Of a DNA stretch of 64,000 nt, positions 24,003-33,290 are shown piece by piece (positions within the stretch are counted from its first letter, which is position 1; the number at the start of each line of letters is the position of its first letter). Made by a program: the position numbers and the translations under genes. Under the pieces are notes generated by a model. That model did not search any database. It was not told the origin of the DNA and worked only from the letters and a program-made list of their open reading frames with translations. This DNA is from Candidatus Acutalibacter stercorigallinarum (GTDB lineage: Bacteria; Bacillota; Clostridia; Oscillospirales; Acutalibacteraceae): assembly GCA_019112625.1 (NCBI GenBank), contig DXIW01000029.1:2494-66493 (forward strand), given 5' to 3'.

Positions 24003-24479
24003 TTACGCGGACTTCTTCTCTTCCTCCTCCAGCAGGGAGGTGCAATGGGGGCAGCGGGTGGCCTCGATGGAGATCTCGCTCTTGCAGAAGGGGCACACCT
24101 TGGTGGTGGGGGCGGCGGGGGCCTCCTCCTTCTTCCGGTGGAGCTTGCTCATCACTTTGATGACCAGGAACAGCACCAGGGCCACCAGCAGGAAGTTGAT
24201 GACGGCGGTGATGAAGGAGCCGTACATGAACTGGGCGTCCCCGAAGCCAAAGGACAGGGTGCTGAAATCCGTGCCGCCGGTGATGAGGCCCAGCAGGGGA
24301 TTGAAGATGTCGTTGACCAGGGAGTTGACGATGGCGGTGAACGCACCGCCGATGATAACACCGACGGCCATATCTACCACGTTGCCGCGGGAGATAAATT
24401 CCTTGAATTCCTTGATGAAGCCTTTGGAGCCTTTGACCAGGCCCATGGCGGCCTCTTTTGCAGTTTCTTTGGTATCCAT
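24003..24479 (-). CDS. mscL: Large-conductance mechanosensitive channel with C-terminal zinc-ribbon-like tail
   Basis: FKEFISRGNVVDMAVGVIIGGAF; tail CPFC..CPHC. Confidence 0.94.
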   Translation of the reverse strand: MDTKETAKEAAMGLVKGSKGFIKEFKEFISRGNVVDMAVGVIIGGAFTAIVNSLVNDIFNPLLGLITGGTDFSTLSFGFGDAQFMYGSFITAVINFLLVALVLFLVIKVMSKLHRKKEEAPAAPTTKVCPFCKSEISIEATRCPHCTSLLEEEEKKSA

Positions 24480-24638
24480 GTTTGGGGACCTCCTCAATAT
24501 CTTGTGGTATTCTGTTCTAACCGCTCTATTGTTGCATAGGCTGGGGAGAAAGTCAATAGAAGCACGAAAAATGTCGGAATATGCGCAAACCCCACCGGGG
24601 CCAGGGGCCCGGGCGGGGTTTGGGGCTGGTGTGTTAAC

Positions 24639-25307
24639 TCAACGGAGCTGCTCCAGCTCCTCGGGGGAGTAGGCGGTGTAGCCGGGGGCGATGTCGGTCT
24701 TGAGGGCCATGGAGTCCTCCTCGGTGATCGCCCGAATGACCCGGCAGGGGTTGCCGGCGGCGAAGGAGCGGGGCGGGATGTCCCGGGTGACCACGCTGCC
24801 CGCGCCAATGACGCAGCCGTCGCCGATGGTGACGCCGGGGCAGATAACCACGTTGGCGCCCAGCCACACGTCGTTGCCCACCACCACGGGCTTAGCGTAG
24901 CACACCCGCTGGGGGGTGCCGTCGGGGGCCTTGAGGCGGTAGCGCTCCTCGGGAATCATGGGGTGGATGGGGGTGACGATGGTGCAGTTGGGGCCGAAGT
25001 TGCAGTCGTCGCCGATGGTGACCAGGCCGTCGTCCTGGATCATCAGGTTGAAGTTGCCGAAGAAGCGCTTGCCGATTTTGGTGTGGACGCCGTAGTGGAA
25101 CTGGACCGGCCCCTGGATGAAGCTGCCCTCCCCCCAGGCACCCACGATCTGGCGGATGATGCGGTCCCGGGCCTCGGTCTCGTTCTCGTACAGGCGGTTA
25201 TAGTCCTGGCACAGGTTGTGGCTGCGCAGCTTGATGGCCCGGAGCTCCGGGTCGCCGGGGCAGTAGACCACGCCGGCGAAAATTATTTCTTCCTCTGGTA
25301 CGGGCAT
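24639..25307 (-). CDS. Sugar O-acetyltransferase (maltose/galactoside hexapeptide family)
   Basis: Hexapeptide repeats, VWLGANVVICPGVTIG, AAGNPCRVIR; aggagg RBS before MPVPEE. Confidence 0.9.
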   Translation of the reverse strand: MPVPEEEIIFAGVVYCPGDPELRAIKLRSHNLCQDYNRLYENETEARDRIIRQIVGAWGEGSFIQGPVQFHYGVHTKIGKRFFGNFNLMIQDDGLVTIGDDCNFGPNCTIVTPIHPMIPEERYRLKAPDGTPQRVCYAKPVVVGNDVWLGANVVICPGVTIGDGCVIGAGSVVTRDIPPRSFAAGNPCRVIRAITEEDSMALKTDIAPGYTAYSPEELEQLR

Positions 25308-25410
25308 GAAAACTCCTCCTTTTTGGGTTCTGCCCTTATGATAGCACAAAATAAAAAATTGAAAAGGGGGTGTTGGGGGTTGGGGGATAATTTATGTTTT
25401 TCAAAGGGAT

Positions 25411-25612
25411 ACTCCCTCCGTCACGCCGGAGGCGTGACACCTCCCTCTCGGAGGGAGGCAGCCTCCCCCTTTGGGGGCGCAGGTGCCCAGTGGGCACCGT
25501 TCTGCGCCGGTCTCCGCTCCCGCTCCGGTCGGTCCTAGGCGGTGCCCACCGGGCACCAGGACCCGAGCCGGCAGGCGAGACGGTGTCATCGCAAAGCGAT
25601 GACGGAGGGAGT
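25411..25612. repeat. REP-like family A/E composite, longest copy
   Basis: Bounded by actccctccgtca...tgacggagggagt inverted ends; internal ggtgccc-NNN-gggcacc hairpins and ccgagccggcaggcgagac core. Confidence 0.85.
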
Positions 25613-25633
25613 CACTACCAGGCAGGTGGCGGG

Positions 25634-26848
25634 CTAGACCACCTGGAAGATGTAGAATTTCAGGTAGTCTGTCTCGGGGACGGTCCAGAGGACGGGGTGG
25701 TCCGGGGCCTGGGCCCGGGCCTCTACCAGGCGGAGCTCCACCTGGGCGTCGCGGGCGGCGGCGTGGAGCATCTTCCGGAACAGGGCGTCCGTCATAAAGT
25801 GGGAGCAGGAGCAGGTGGCCAGGTACCCGCCCCGGGGCAGGGCCTTCATGGCCCGGTAGTTGATCTCCTTGTAGCCCCGCTGGGCGCTGTCCACGGTCTT
25901 GCCGGATTTGGTGAAGGCCGGGGGGTCCAGGATGATGTAGTCGAACTGGCCGGGGGTGAGGGTGGGCAGCAGGTCGAACACATTGGCGGTCTGGTACTCC
26001 ACGGAGAGGCCGTTGAGGGCGGCGTTCTCTCTGGCCTGGGCGATGGCGGTGTCGGAGACATCCACGCTGACCACCTGGGCGGCCCCGGCCTTTTTGCAGT
26101 TGAGGCCGAAGGAGCCAGTGTGGGTGAAGCAGTCCAGCACCCGCCGGCCCGGGGCGATTTTGGCCGCCGCCGCCCGGTTGTACTTCTGGTCTAAAAAGAA
26201 GCCGGTCTTTTGGCCGTTTTCGAAGTCCACCCGGTAGCGGATGCCGTTCTCCACGATCTCTGTCACGGTGGACTCCGGGGTGGGGCGGCCCTCCAGGGGG
26301 AACCAGCCCTTGCCCTGCTCCAGGCCCTCCAGCTCCCGGAGCTTGCCGTCGTTGCGCTCGTAGATGCCCCGGATGGGCTGGCCGTCCTTTTCGATGGCCT
26401 GGACCAGCAGGGGGAACACCAGGGGTTTTACTTTCTCCAGGCCCAGGCTCATGGTCTGGGTGACCAGGATGTCGCCGAATTTGTCCACGGTGAGGCCGGG
26501 GAAGTGGTCCGCCTCCCCGAAGATCACCCGGCAGCAGGCGGTGTCTGGGCCCATGACGGCTTTGCGGTAGTCCCAGGCGTACTGCACCCGGCGGGCGAAG
26601 AAGGGCGCGCCGAAGGCGTCGTTGGCGTTGCGGGAGATGATGCGCACCCGGATTTTGGACCGGCTGTTGTAAAAGCCCGTGCCCAGGTACCGGCCCTTGG
26701 GGCTGAGCACATCGCAGAGGGCGCCGTCCGCCGGGGCGCCGGACTCGCTGGTGATCTCGTTATCGAACACCCAGGGGTGGCCCCCCTGGATCCGCTCTGC
26801 CCCCCGCCGGTGCACCGTAACGGCGGGATAGCTCCGTTCTGTTTTCAT
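25634..26848 (-). CDS. RlmI-like class I SAM-dependent rRNA methyltransferase
   Basis: PUA-like GHPWVF, GQKTGFFLDQ, LDCFTHTGSF, ILDPPAF, TCSCS, DHP, YLK. Confidence 0.9.
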   Translation of the reverse strand: MKTERSYPAVTVHRRGAERIQGGHPWVFDNEITSESGAPADGALCDVLSPKGRYLGTGFYNSRSKIRVRIISRNANDAFGAPFFARRVQYAWDYRKAVMGPDTACCRVIFGEADHFPGLTVDKFGDILVTQTMSLGLEKVKPLVFPLLVQAIEKDGQPIRGIYERNDGKLRELEGLEQGKGWFPLEGRPTPESTVTEIVENGIRYRVDFENGQKTGFFLDQKYNRAAAAKIAPGRRVLDCFTHTGSFGLNCKKAGAAQVVSVDVSDTAIAQARENAALNGLSVEYQTANVFDLLPTLTPGQFDYIILDPPAFTKSGKTVDSAQRGYKEINYRAMKALPRGGYLATCSCSHFMTDALFRKMLHAAARDAQVELRLVEARAQAPDHPVLWTVPETDYLKFYIFQVV

Positions 26849-26864
26849 GGAGGATCCCTCTTTC

Positions 26865-28223
26865 TTAAAGGATGGCTACGCCCAGCTTGTCCAGCACCGA
26901 GGAGATGAGGACCAGCAGGATGCAGATAGGGGCCACATAGCGGATGACCACCACGAACAGCTTTTCCCTGGGGAAGCGGGAAGAGCGTTTGACCTCGTCT
27001 ACCACCAGCTTGGGCTTTACCACCCAGCCCACAAACAGGCAGGTGAGCAGCGCCACAATGGGCATGAGCACGCTGTTGCTGATGAAATCGAAGAAGTCCA
27101 GGAGGGAGAAGCCCAGGGGGGCGATCCAATCCAGGAGGCCGTAGCCCAGGGAGGAGGGCAGGGCCAGCACCAGGCAGGCCACCATCACCAGGGTACAGGT
27201 GAATTTCCGGCTCCAGTGGAAGGTGTCCTGGAAGATGGACACCACCGTCTCCATCAGGGAGACCGAGGAGGTGAGGGCTGCGAAAAGCACCAGCAGGAAG
27301 AACAGCCCCCCGAACACCAGGCCCAGGGCGCCGGCGTCGGCGAACACCTTGGGCAGGGTGACGAACATGAGGCCGGCCCCCTGGTTCAGGGCGGCCTCGT
27401 CCCCGCCGGAGAAGGCGAACACCGCCGGGATGACCATGAGCCCGGCCAGGAAAGCGATGCCTGTGTCGAAGATCTCGATTTGGGAAACGGACTTCTCCAG
27501 GTCGTCCTCCCGCTTCATATAGGAGCCGTAGGTGACCATGATGCCCATGGCCAGGGACATGGAGTAGAACATCTGCCCCATGGCGCCCAGCACCGTGTTG
27601 ACGGAGAAACGGCTGAAATCGGGGATAAGGTAATAGGCCACGCCCTCCAAGGCCCCGGGCCGGGTGACGGAGTAGATGGCCACCCCGATAGTGAGCACCA
27701 CCAGGGCGGGCATCATGATGCGGCTGGCCTTTTCGATGCCCTTCTGCACCCCGAAGAACACGATTACCGCCGTGAGGCCGATGTACACCGCCAGCCACAG
27801 GATAGGCTCGGCAGGCTGTGCGATGTAGTCGTTAAAATAGGTGTCGCCGGCGGCCTCCATGCCGCCGCCGGTGGCGTAGACCAGCAGGTACTTGACCACC
27901 CAGCCCCCGATGACGCAGTAGTAGGGGAAGATGATGATGGGCACCACCGAGGCCAGGTACCCCAGGAATTTCCACTTCTCGCTGAGTTTGCGGAAGGCCC
28001 CGATGGCGCTGAGCTTTGTCTTGCGGCCGATGGCCACCTCGGCGATCATCAGGGAGAAGCCCAGGCTCACCACCAAAACCAAATAGACCAGCAGGAAAAT
28101 GCCCCCGCCGTACTTTGCCGCCAGATAGGGGAAACGCCAGATGTTGCCCAGCCCTACGGCAGACCCTGCCGCCGCCAGCACGAACCCCAGCTTTCCCGAA
28201 AACATGCTTCTTTTCTCTTTCAC
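26865..28223 (-). CDS. Sodium-dependent transporter, SNF/NSS family
   Basis: AAGSAVGLGNIWRFPY, GIEK, QMFYSMSL. Confidence 0.94.
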   Translation of the reverse strand: MKEKRSMFSGKLGFVLAAAGSAVGLGNIWRFPYLAAKYGGGIFLLVYLVLVVSLGFSLMIAEVAIGRKTKLSAIGAFRKLSEKWKFLGYLASVVPIIIFPYYCVIGGWVVKYLLVYATGGGMEAAGDTYFNDYIAQPAEPILWLAVYIGLTAVIVFFGVQKGIEKASRIMMPALVVLTIGVAIYSVTRPGALEGVAYYLIPDFSRFSVNTVLGAMGQMFYSMSLAMGIMVTYGSYMKREDDLEKSVSQIEIFDTGIAFLAGLMVIPAVFAFSGGDEAALNQGAGLMFVTLPKVFADAGALGLVFGGLFFLLVLFAALTSSVSLMETVVSIFQDTFHWSRKFTCTLVMVACLVLALPSSLGYGLLDWIAPLGFSLLDFFDFISNSVLMPIVALLTCLFVGWVVKPKLVVDEVKRSSRFPREKLFVVVIRYVAPICILLVLISSVLDKLGVAIL

Positions 28224-28298
28224 GATTTTCCCACCTCAACATTGGTTTGCAAACACTGATTATAGCATAGAAGAAGAAAAAAGGGGAGGGGGAAAATA

Positions 28299-28331
28299 AA
28301 AAAAGAGAGGAGGGGACTCCTCTCTCTTTTT
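28299..28331. terminator. Terminator after the MFS-VOC operon
   Basis: aaaaagagaggag-ggga-ctcctctctcttttt. Confidence 0.6.
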
Positions 28332-28335
28332 GGTG

Positions 28336-28680
28336 TCAGAGCTTCTGGACAAAGTCGATGCAGTTGCCGTCCGGGTCTTTGATGGCGAAATAGCGGTAGC
28401 CCCAGGGCAGGTCGGCGGGCTCGCCCTGGGGGGAAAGGCCCAGGCCGGTGATACGGCGGTACTGGGCCAGGGCGTCCTCCACGGCGAATTCCAGCAGGCA
28501 GTTCTCCGGGTCCGGCGGCGGGACGTTCTCCCCCTGGACCAGGGCCAGGCAGACCTCCCCCACCTGGACCTCCCACCGGCCGGGGACGCGCTCCTGACAG
28601 GGGAGGCCCAGCAGGTCCCGGTAGAAGGAGACCATCTCCGGGAGCCGGGCGGTGCGCAGGTTGACGGCGCTGAGCTTCAT
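28336..28680 (-). CDS. VOC/glyoxalase family protein
   Basis: FYRDLLGL, PWGYRYFAIKDPDGN. Confidence 0.88.
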   Translation of the reverse strand: MKLSAVNLRTARLPEMVSFYRDLLGLPCQERVPGRWEVQVGEVCLALVQGENVPPPDPENCLLEFAVEDALAQYRRITGLGLSPQGEPADLPWGYRYFAIKDPDGNCIDFVQKL

Positions 28681-28695
28681 AAAAGAAGGCTCCTT

Positions 28696-29868
28696 TCAGG
28701 CGAACACCGTTTCCCGGTTGCCCACTTTCAGCAGCAGGGTGAGCAGGAACCCCGCCGCGGCCAGGCCGCAGAGGACCAGGTACAGGGTGTGGATGTCGCT
28801 GTGGTCCACCAGCATCCCGGCGGCATTCTGCATGAGGATGGTGGCCAGGTTGTTTACGGAGTTCACCACAGAGAGCCCTGTGGTGGTGATCTCTGCCCCC
28901 AACAGGTTGCGCACGATCTTCAGGGTGATCATCACATAGAGGGTGGAGGCGATGGCCTTGATGGCGATCATCACCGCCACCACCACGGCCAGGGAGCGGG
29001 TGAGGCCGTAAAAGGCGCACTGCACCCCGATGATGGCCAGGGCCGCGGCCATGAGGAATTTCCCGGAGAGGCGGTCCATATACCGGTGGGAGAAGAGGAT
29101 GAGGGGGATCTCCACCAGGGTGGAGAAGAACAGCACCGTGCCCACCGCCCCGGTGGACAGGCCCATGTCCGCCAGGAGCACGGGGGCGTAGTTCATATTG
29201 ACGCCGGAGCAGGCGGAGAACAGGAAGGCCACCACCAAAAACAGGAAAAACTGCCGGTTCTTCAAGAGGGAGGAGAGCCGGGGCTTCTCCAGGGGGGCGG
29301 CGTCCCCGGCGTGGGGGGCGTCGAAGTCCTCGGTGCCCGCAAAGCCCAGGATGGTGACCAGGCAGGCCAGAAGCAGCAGGGCGAACAGCACCAGGGGCGG
29401 GAAGCGCTCCACCACCACCCCGGCGCACTGGGCCCCGACGGCGTAGCCCAGGGTACCCCACACCCGCAGGCTGCCATAGCGGAACCGGCTGGCCCCGGCC
29501 ATGCGCTCGCAGATGGGCATGAGGGAGTTGATGAAGGACATGATGAAGCCGTCCAGCAGGAAGAGGACGATGACGCTGCGGCTGAGGGCGAACAGCAGGC
29601 CCAGCAGCCCCGAGGCCACCAGCAGCAGGCCGCTGATGAGCTTGGGCCGGCGGGTGCGGTCGTTCAGGTACCCGATGACCGGGATGACCACAAAGGAGAA
29701 CAGGCCCCCGGCAGAGACGATGAACGACATCTCTGTGGCGGATTTCCCGATGCCCGTCAGGTACACCGAGAGCACCGAGCTGAACAGGGCCATGGCCAGG
29801 AAATAGAAGAAAAAGGTGATGACGTAGCTGAGATAACTTCCCTTGTACCGTTTCGCAAAAAGAACCAA
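28696..29868 (-). CDS. MFS transporter (MFS_1-like)
   Basis: About 12 TM, YGSLRVWGTLGY, VEIP; TTG start after ggagg. Confidence 0.88.
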   Translation of the reverse strand: MVLFAKRYKGSYLSYVITFFFYFLAMALFSSVLSVYLTGIGKSATEMSFIVSAGGLFSFVVIPVIGYLNDRTRRPKLISGLLLVASGLLGLLFALSRSVIVLFLLDGFIMSFINSLMPICERMAGASRFRYGSLRVWGTLGYAVGAQCAGVVVERFPPLVLFALLLLACLVTILGFAGTEDFDAPHAGDAAPLEKPRLSSLLKNRQFFLFLVVAFLFSACSGVNMNYAPVLLADMGLSTGAVGTVLFFSTLVEIPLILFSHRYMDRLSGKFLMAAALAIIGVQCAFYGLTRSLAVVVAVMIAIKAIASTLYVMITLKIVRNLLGAEITTTGLSVVNSVNNLATILMQNAAGMLVDHSDIHTLYLVLCGLAAAGFLLTLLLKVGNRETVFA

Positions 29869-30030
29869 TGGAACGCTCCTCCCCTCTTATCATCTGTACC
29901 TTACAGCGAAAGCGGCCCGGCGTCAAGAGGGTTTTATGAAAAAATCCTATAAATTTTTTGGGAGACGGCGTAGAATTGTGGGGTTATCTATGGTACAATG
30001 GTACTCTACCCAAGGGAAAGGAGTGGGACC

Positions 30031-30648
30031 ATGGAGTGGGAGATCCCTGAAGAGCTGCGGCGCTACGTGGAGGAGGAGGTCCTCCCCCAGTACGGCCAAA
30101 GCGACCCGGCCCACGGGCTGGGGCATATCCGGGCCGTGCTGGAGAACAGCCGGGAGCTGCTGGAGGGCCTGGAGGCGGACCCCAGGCTGGCGTATGTGGT
30201 GGCCGCCTACCACGACCTGGGGGCGGCCCGGTTCGGCCGGGAGGACCACGAAAAGACCTCGGCCCGGCTGCTGCGGGAGGACCCGGCCCTGGAGCGGTGG
30301 TTCACCCCGGAGGAGCGGGAGACCATGGCCCAGGCGGTGGAGGACCACCGGGCCTCGGGGGGACGGGAGCCCCGGAGTATTTACGGGAAGATTGTCAGCG
30401 AGGCGGACCGGGACATCGACCCGGAGCGCATCGTGCAGCGGGTGATGGCCTACGGCAGATTCCGCTACCCCCAGCTGGGGGAGGAGGGCCAGGTACAGCG
30501 GGCGGTGGAACACATCCGGGAGAAGTACGGGGAGGGGGGCTACCTGAAGCTGTGGCTGCACAGTCCCCGGAACCAGGCGGGGCTGGACACCCTGCGGAAA
30601 TGGCTCGCCGCCGGGGAGCTGGAGGAGGTGTGCAGGCGGTATGGGTAA
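30031..30648 (+). CDS. HD domain phosphohydrolase
   Basis: AHGLGH, YHDLG, H..SA, EDHRAS, EADR. Confidence 0.87.
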   Translation: MEWEIPEELRRYVEEEVLPQYGQSDPAHGLGHIRAVLENSRELLEGLEADPRLAYVVAAYHDLGAARFGREDHEKTSARLLREDPALERWFTPEERETMAQAVEDHRASGGREPRSIYGKIVSEADRDIDPERIVQRVMAYGRFRYPQLGEEGQVQRAVEHIREKYGEGGYLKLWLHSPRNQAGLDTLRKWLAAGELEEVCRRYG

Positions 30649-31966
30649 GACCTTATATGTGTCCGACCTGGACGGCACGCTGCTGGACGGGCAGGAGCGG
30701 GTGCCGGCGTTTACCCGGCGGGTGATCAACCGGCTGGCGGAACGGGGGGTGGCCTTTACCTATGCCACCGCCCGCAGCCAGCACTCGGCGGACAGGGTGA
30801 CCCAGGGGCTTACGAAAAGCCTGCCGGTGATCGTGTACAACGGGACGTTTATCCGCCGGGGGGAGCGGCGGGAGACCCTGCTGGGCCGGGACATCCCCCC
30901 AAAGGCCCGGCGGCGGGTGGGGGAGGCGCTGGCGGAAGCGGGGCTCTCCCCCCTGGTGTACACCATGGTGCAGGGCGCGGAGCGGGTGCTGTGGCGGCCG
31001 GACCGGGAGACGCCGGGGGTGGCCCATTACGTCTCCACCCGGAAGGGCGATGAGCGCCTGCGGCCGGTGGAGGACGAGGAAAGCCTGTACCAGGGGGACA
31101 TCTTCTACTACACCTGCATCGGGGAGAGGGAGGAGCTGCTGCCCGCCTATGAGGCGCTGCGGCAGGACCCGGCGCTCTCGGTGCTGCTCCAGGAGGAGAT
31201 CTACCGGCCGGGGGAGTTCTGGCTGGAGATCGCCCACAGGGACGCCACCAAGGCCCACGCCGCCGCCTGGCTGAAGGAATACCTGGGCTGCGGCGAGATG
31301 GTGGCCTTTGGGGACGGGCTCAACGACCTGCCCCTGCTGGCGGCGGCGGACCGGCGCTGCGCGGTGGCCAACGCCGTGTCCGTATTGCGGGAGGCGGCGG
31401 ACCTGGTGATCCCCTCCAACGAGGAGGGCGGGGTGGCCCGGTTTTTGCTGGCGGACACGGCCCCCGCTTTGGCGCTGGGGGAGGGGGCCGGGGCGTTCAC
31501 CCTGGGGCTGTACCGGCCCGGGGACCTGGAGGAGCTCATCCGGCTGTTTTACGAGACAGTGCACACCGTGAACCCCCGGGACTACACCCGGGAGCAGGTG
31601 GACGCCTGGGTGCCATCCCCGGAGAGCGTGGACCGGGAGGCCTGGGGCCAAAGCCTGTTGGCCCACTACACCGTGGTGGCCTGGCGGGGCGGGGAAATCG
31701 TGGGCTTTGGGGATATGGACGGCACCGGCTACCTGGACAGGCTGTACGTCCACAAGGACTTCCAGGGGCGGGGGGCGGCCTCCGCCATCGCAGAGGCCCT
31801 GGAGGGCTACGCCTGGGGGCTGGGGGCGGCGGAAGTCACCGTGCACGCCAGCCGCACGGCCAGGCCCTTTTTCGAGAGGCGGGGCTACCGGGTGGTGAAG
31901 GCCCAGCAGGTGGAGCGCCGGGGCGTGCTGCTGGAGAACTTCGCCATGGCAAAGAAATGGGAGTAG
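30641..31966 (+). CDS. Cof-type HAD hydrolase fused to a C-terminal GNAT domain
   Basis: SDLDGTLL, ATAR and FGDGLND, then LDRLYVHKDFQGRG and ASRTARPFFERRGY. Confidence 0.88.
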   Translation: MGKTLYVSDLDGTLLDGQERVPAFTRRVINRLAERGVAFTYATARSQHSADRVTQGLTKSLPVIVYNGTFIRRGERRETLLGRDIPPKARRRVGEALAEAGLSPLVYTMVQGAERVLWRPDRETPGVAHYVSTRKGDERLRPVEDEESLYQGDIFYYTCIGEREELLPAYEALRQDPALSVLLQEEIYRPGEFWLEIAHRDATKAHAAAWLKEYLGCGEMVAFGDGLNDLPLLAAADRRCAVANAVSVLREAADLVIPSNEEGGVARFLLADTAPALALGEGAGAFTLGLYRPGDLEELIRLFYETVHTVNPRDYTREQVDAWVPSPESVDREAWGQSLLAHYTVVAWRGGEIVGFGDMDGTGYLDRLYVHKDFQGRGAASAIAEALEGYAWGLGAAEVTVHASRTARPFFERRGYRVVKAQQVERRGVLLENFAMAKKWE

Positions 31967-31978
31967 GGGGGACAGGGA

Positions 31979-32497
31979 ATGCGGATACTCATCCAGCTGC
32001 TGCGGGGGGTGCTGGCCCTGGTGATCGGGGCGGCCCTGCTGGCCAGCGCCTGGCTGGCGCTGGGGCGGATCCTGTGGGGGGAGGACCTGCCCAGCCTGTT
32101 TGGCTACGGGGTGATGAAGGTGCCAGACAGCGCCATGGCCCCCACCCTCGCGGCGGGGGACGGGGCTGTATTGCGGGTGGGGGCGGAGAGCGCCCCCGGG
32201 GACATAGTGGTGTTCCGGGACCAGGCCGGGGAGCTGGTGCTGCGGCGGATTGTAGGCACCAGCGAGGGGCGGTACATCACCCAGGGGGACGGGGCGGACC
32301 AGCTCGACCCCCAGCTGCTCTCCCCGGAGTATGTGGAGGCGGTGTGCGTCACCTACTTGCCCGGGGCCGGGGCGGCGTTTGCCTTCCTTACCTCCCCCTG
32401 GGGGGTGCTGTTCTGGGCGGCGCTGTGGCTTTTGGTGGTGCTGCTGCCCCTGGGGCTCGCCCGGCGGCAGCCCGCGGGGAAACGGTACGCCCCGTAG
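31979..32497 (+). CDS. SipW-like (S26B) signal peptidase homolog with degenerate active site
   Basis: LPSLFGY, M.PTL..GD, GDIVVF, RIV and TQGD layout, but DSAM instead of SGSM and LRRI instead of THRI. Confidence 0.7.
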   Translation: MRILIQLLRGVLALVIGAALLASAWLALGRILWGEDLPSLFGYGVMKVPDSAMAPTLAAGDGAVLRVGAESAPGDIVVFRDQAGELVLRRIVGTSEGRYITQGDGADQLDPQLLSPEYVEAVCVTYLPGAGAAFAFLTSPWGVLFWAALWLLVVLLPLGLARRQPAGKRYAP

Positions 32498-32623
32498 GCA
32501 TGTGAGAGATATGCTATTTTTTGTGCGGGATGACAGGCCCTGCTGGTATTTTGCCGGGGGCTATGCTATACTGATTTTTGAGTTCATTTGGCAAAAATTG
32601 AGGGTTTAAGGAGGATCTTCCCA

Positions 32624-33214
32624 ATGTTGCTCACTGCGAATCCCGCCATCAGCACCCTGGAGGCTGTGGTGACGGGAGCCGGGCAGGTGCTGTTGGCGTT
32701 CAGCGTTGTGTTTGCCCTGCTCAACTGCTTTTTCGGCTATAAGCTCATCAAGGTTTGGGCCGCCATCGCCGGCTTTCTGCTGGGGTGGGTGATCGGCTTT
32801 TTCGCCGCCCTGTACTTTTTGGAGAACGTGGGGGCCTGCGCCCTCATCGGCGTGGTCGTGGGCGTGCTCTGCGGCCTGGCGGCGTTCTTCGTCTACCGGG
32901 TGGGCGTGTTCCTGTTCTGCTTCTTCCAGGGGCTGTCTTTGTGCCTGGCGCTGATCCCCAACTGGCCCGGGGCCGTGGTGGGCCTGATCGTGGGCATCGC
33001 CCTGGGGGTGCTGGCCATGAAGTTCCTGCGGGAGGTGCTCATCCTCTCCAGCGCTGTGGGCGGCGGCATGAACGCCTCCACCGGGCTGTTCAGCCTGTTT
33101 GGCTACCTGGGGAACCCGCTGCTCATGTGGGTGGTGGGCGTCGCCCTGGCGGCGGCCGGGGCCTTCGTCCAGTGGAAAACCACCGGGGAGAAGAAAGACG
33201 GCACCAGCCTGTAA
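32624..33214 (+). CDS. DUF4203/TMEM198-like membrane protein
   Basis: CFFGYKL motif and Gly-rich TM segments; aaggagg RBS. Confidence 0.75.
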   Translation: MLLTANPAISTLEAVVTGAGQVLLAFSVVFALLNCFFGYKLIKVWAAIAGFLLGWVIGFFAALYFLENVGACALIGVVVGVLCGLAAFFVYRVGVFLFCFFQGLSLCLALIPNWPGAVVGLIVGIALGVLAMKFLREVLILSSAVGGGMNASTGLFSLFGYLGNPLLMWVVGVALAAAGAFVQWKTTGEKKDGTSL

Positions 33215-33290
33215 GGGGCGGGGCACGTCACAGAGAGACAGGGGCTGCCATGGGGCGGCCCCTTTTTGCAGAGGAAAGGAGGCGGGCGTT

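Noticed and set aside
24003-24100. Zinc-ribbon tail on MscL as a novelty
   Set aside because: To my knowledge this tail is common on clostridial MscL proteins
28224-28335. T-box or riboswitch upstream of the SNF transporter
   Set aside because: The spacer is too short and holds only a terminator and a -10 element
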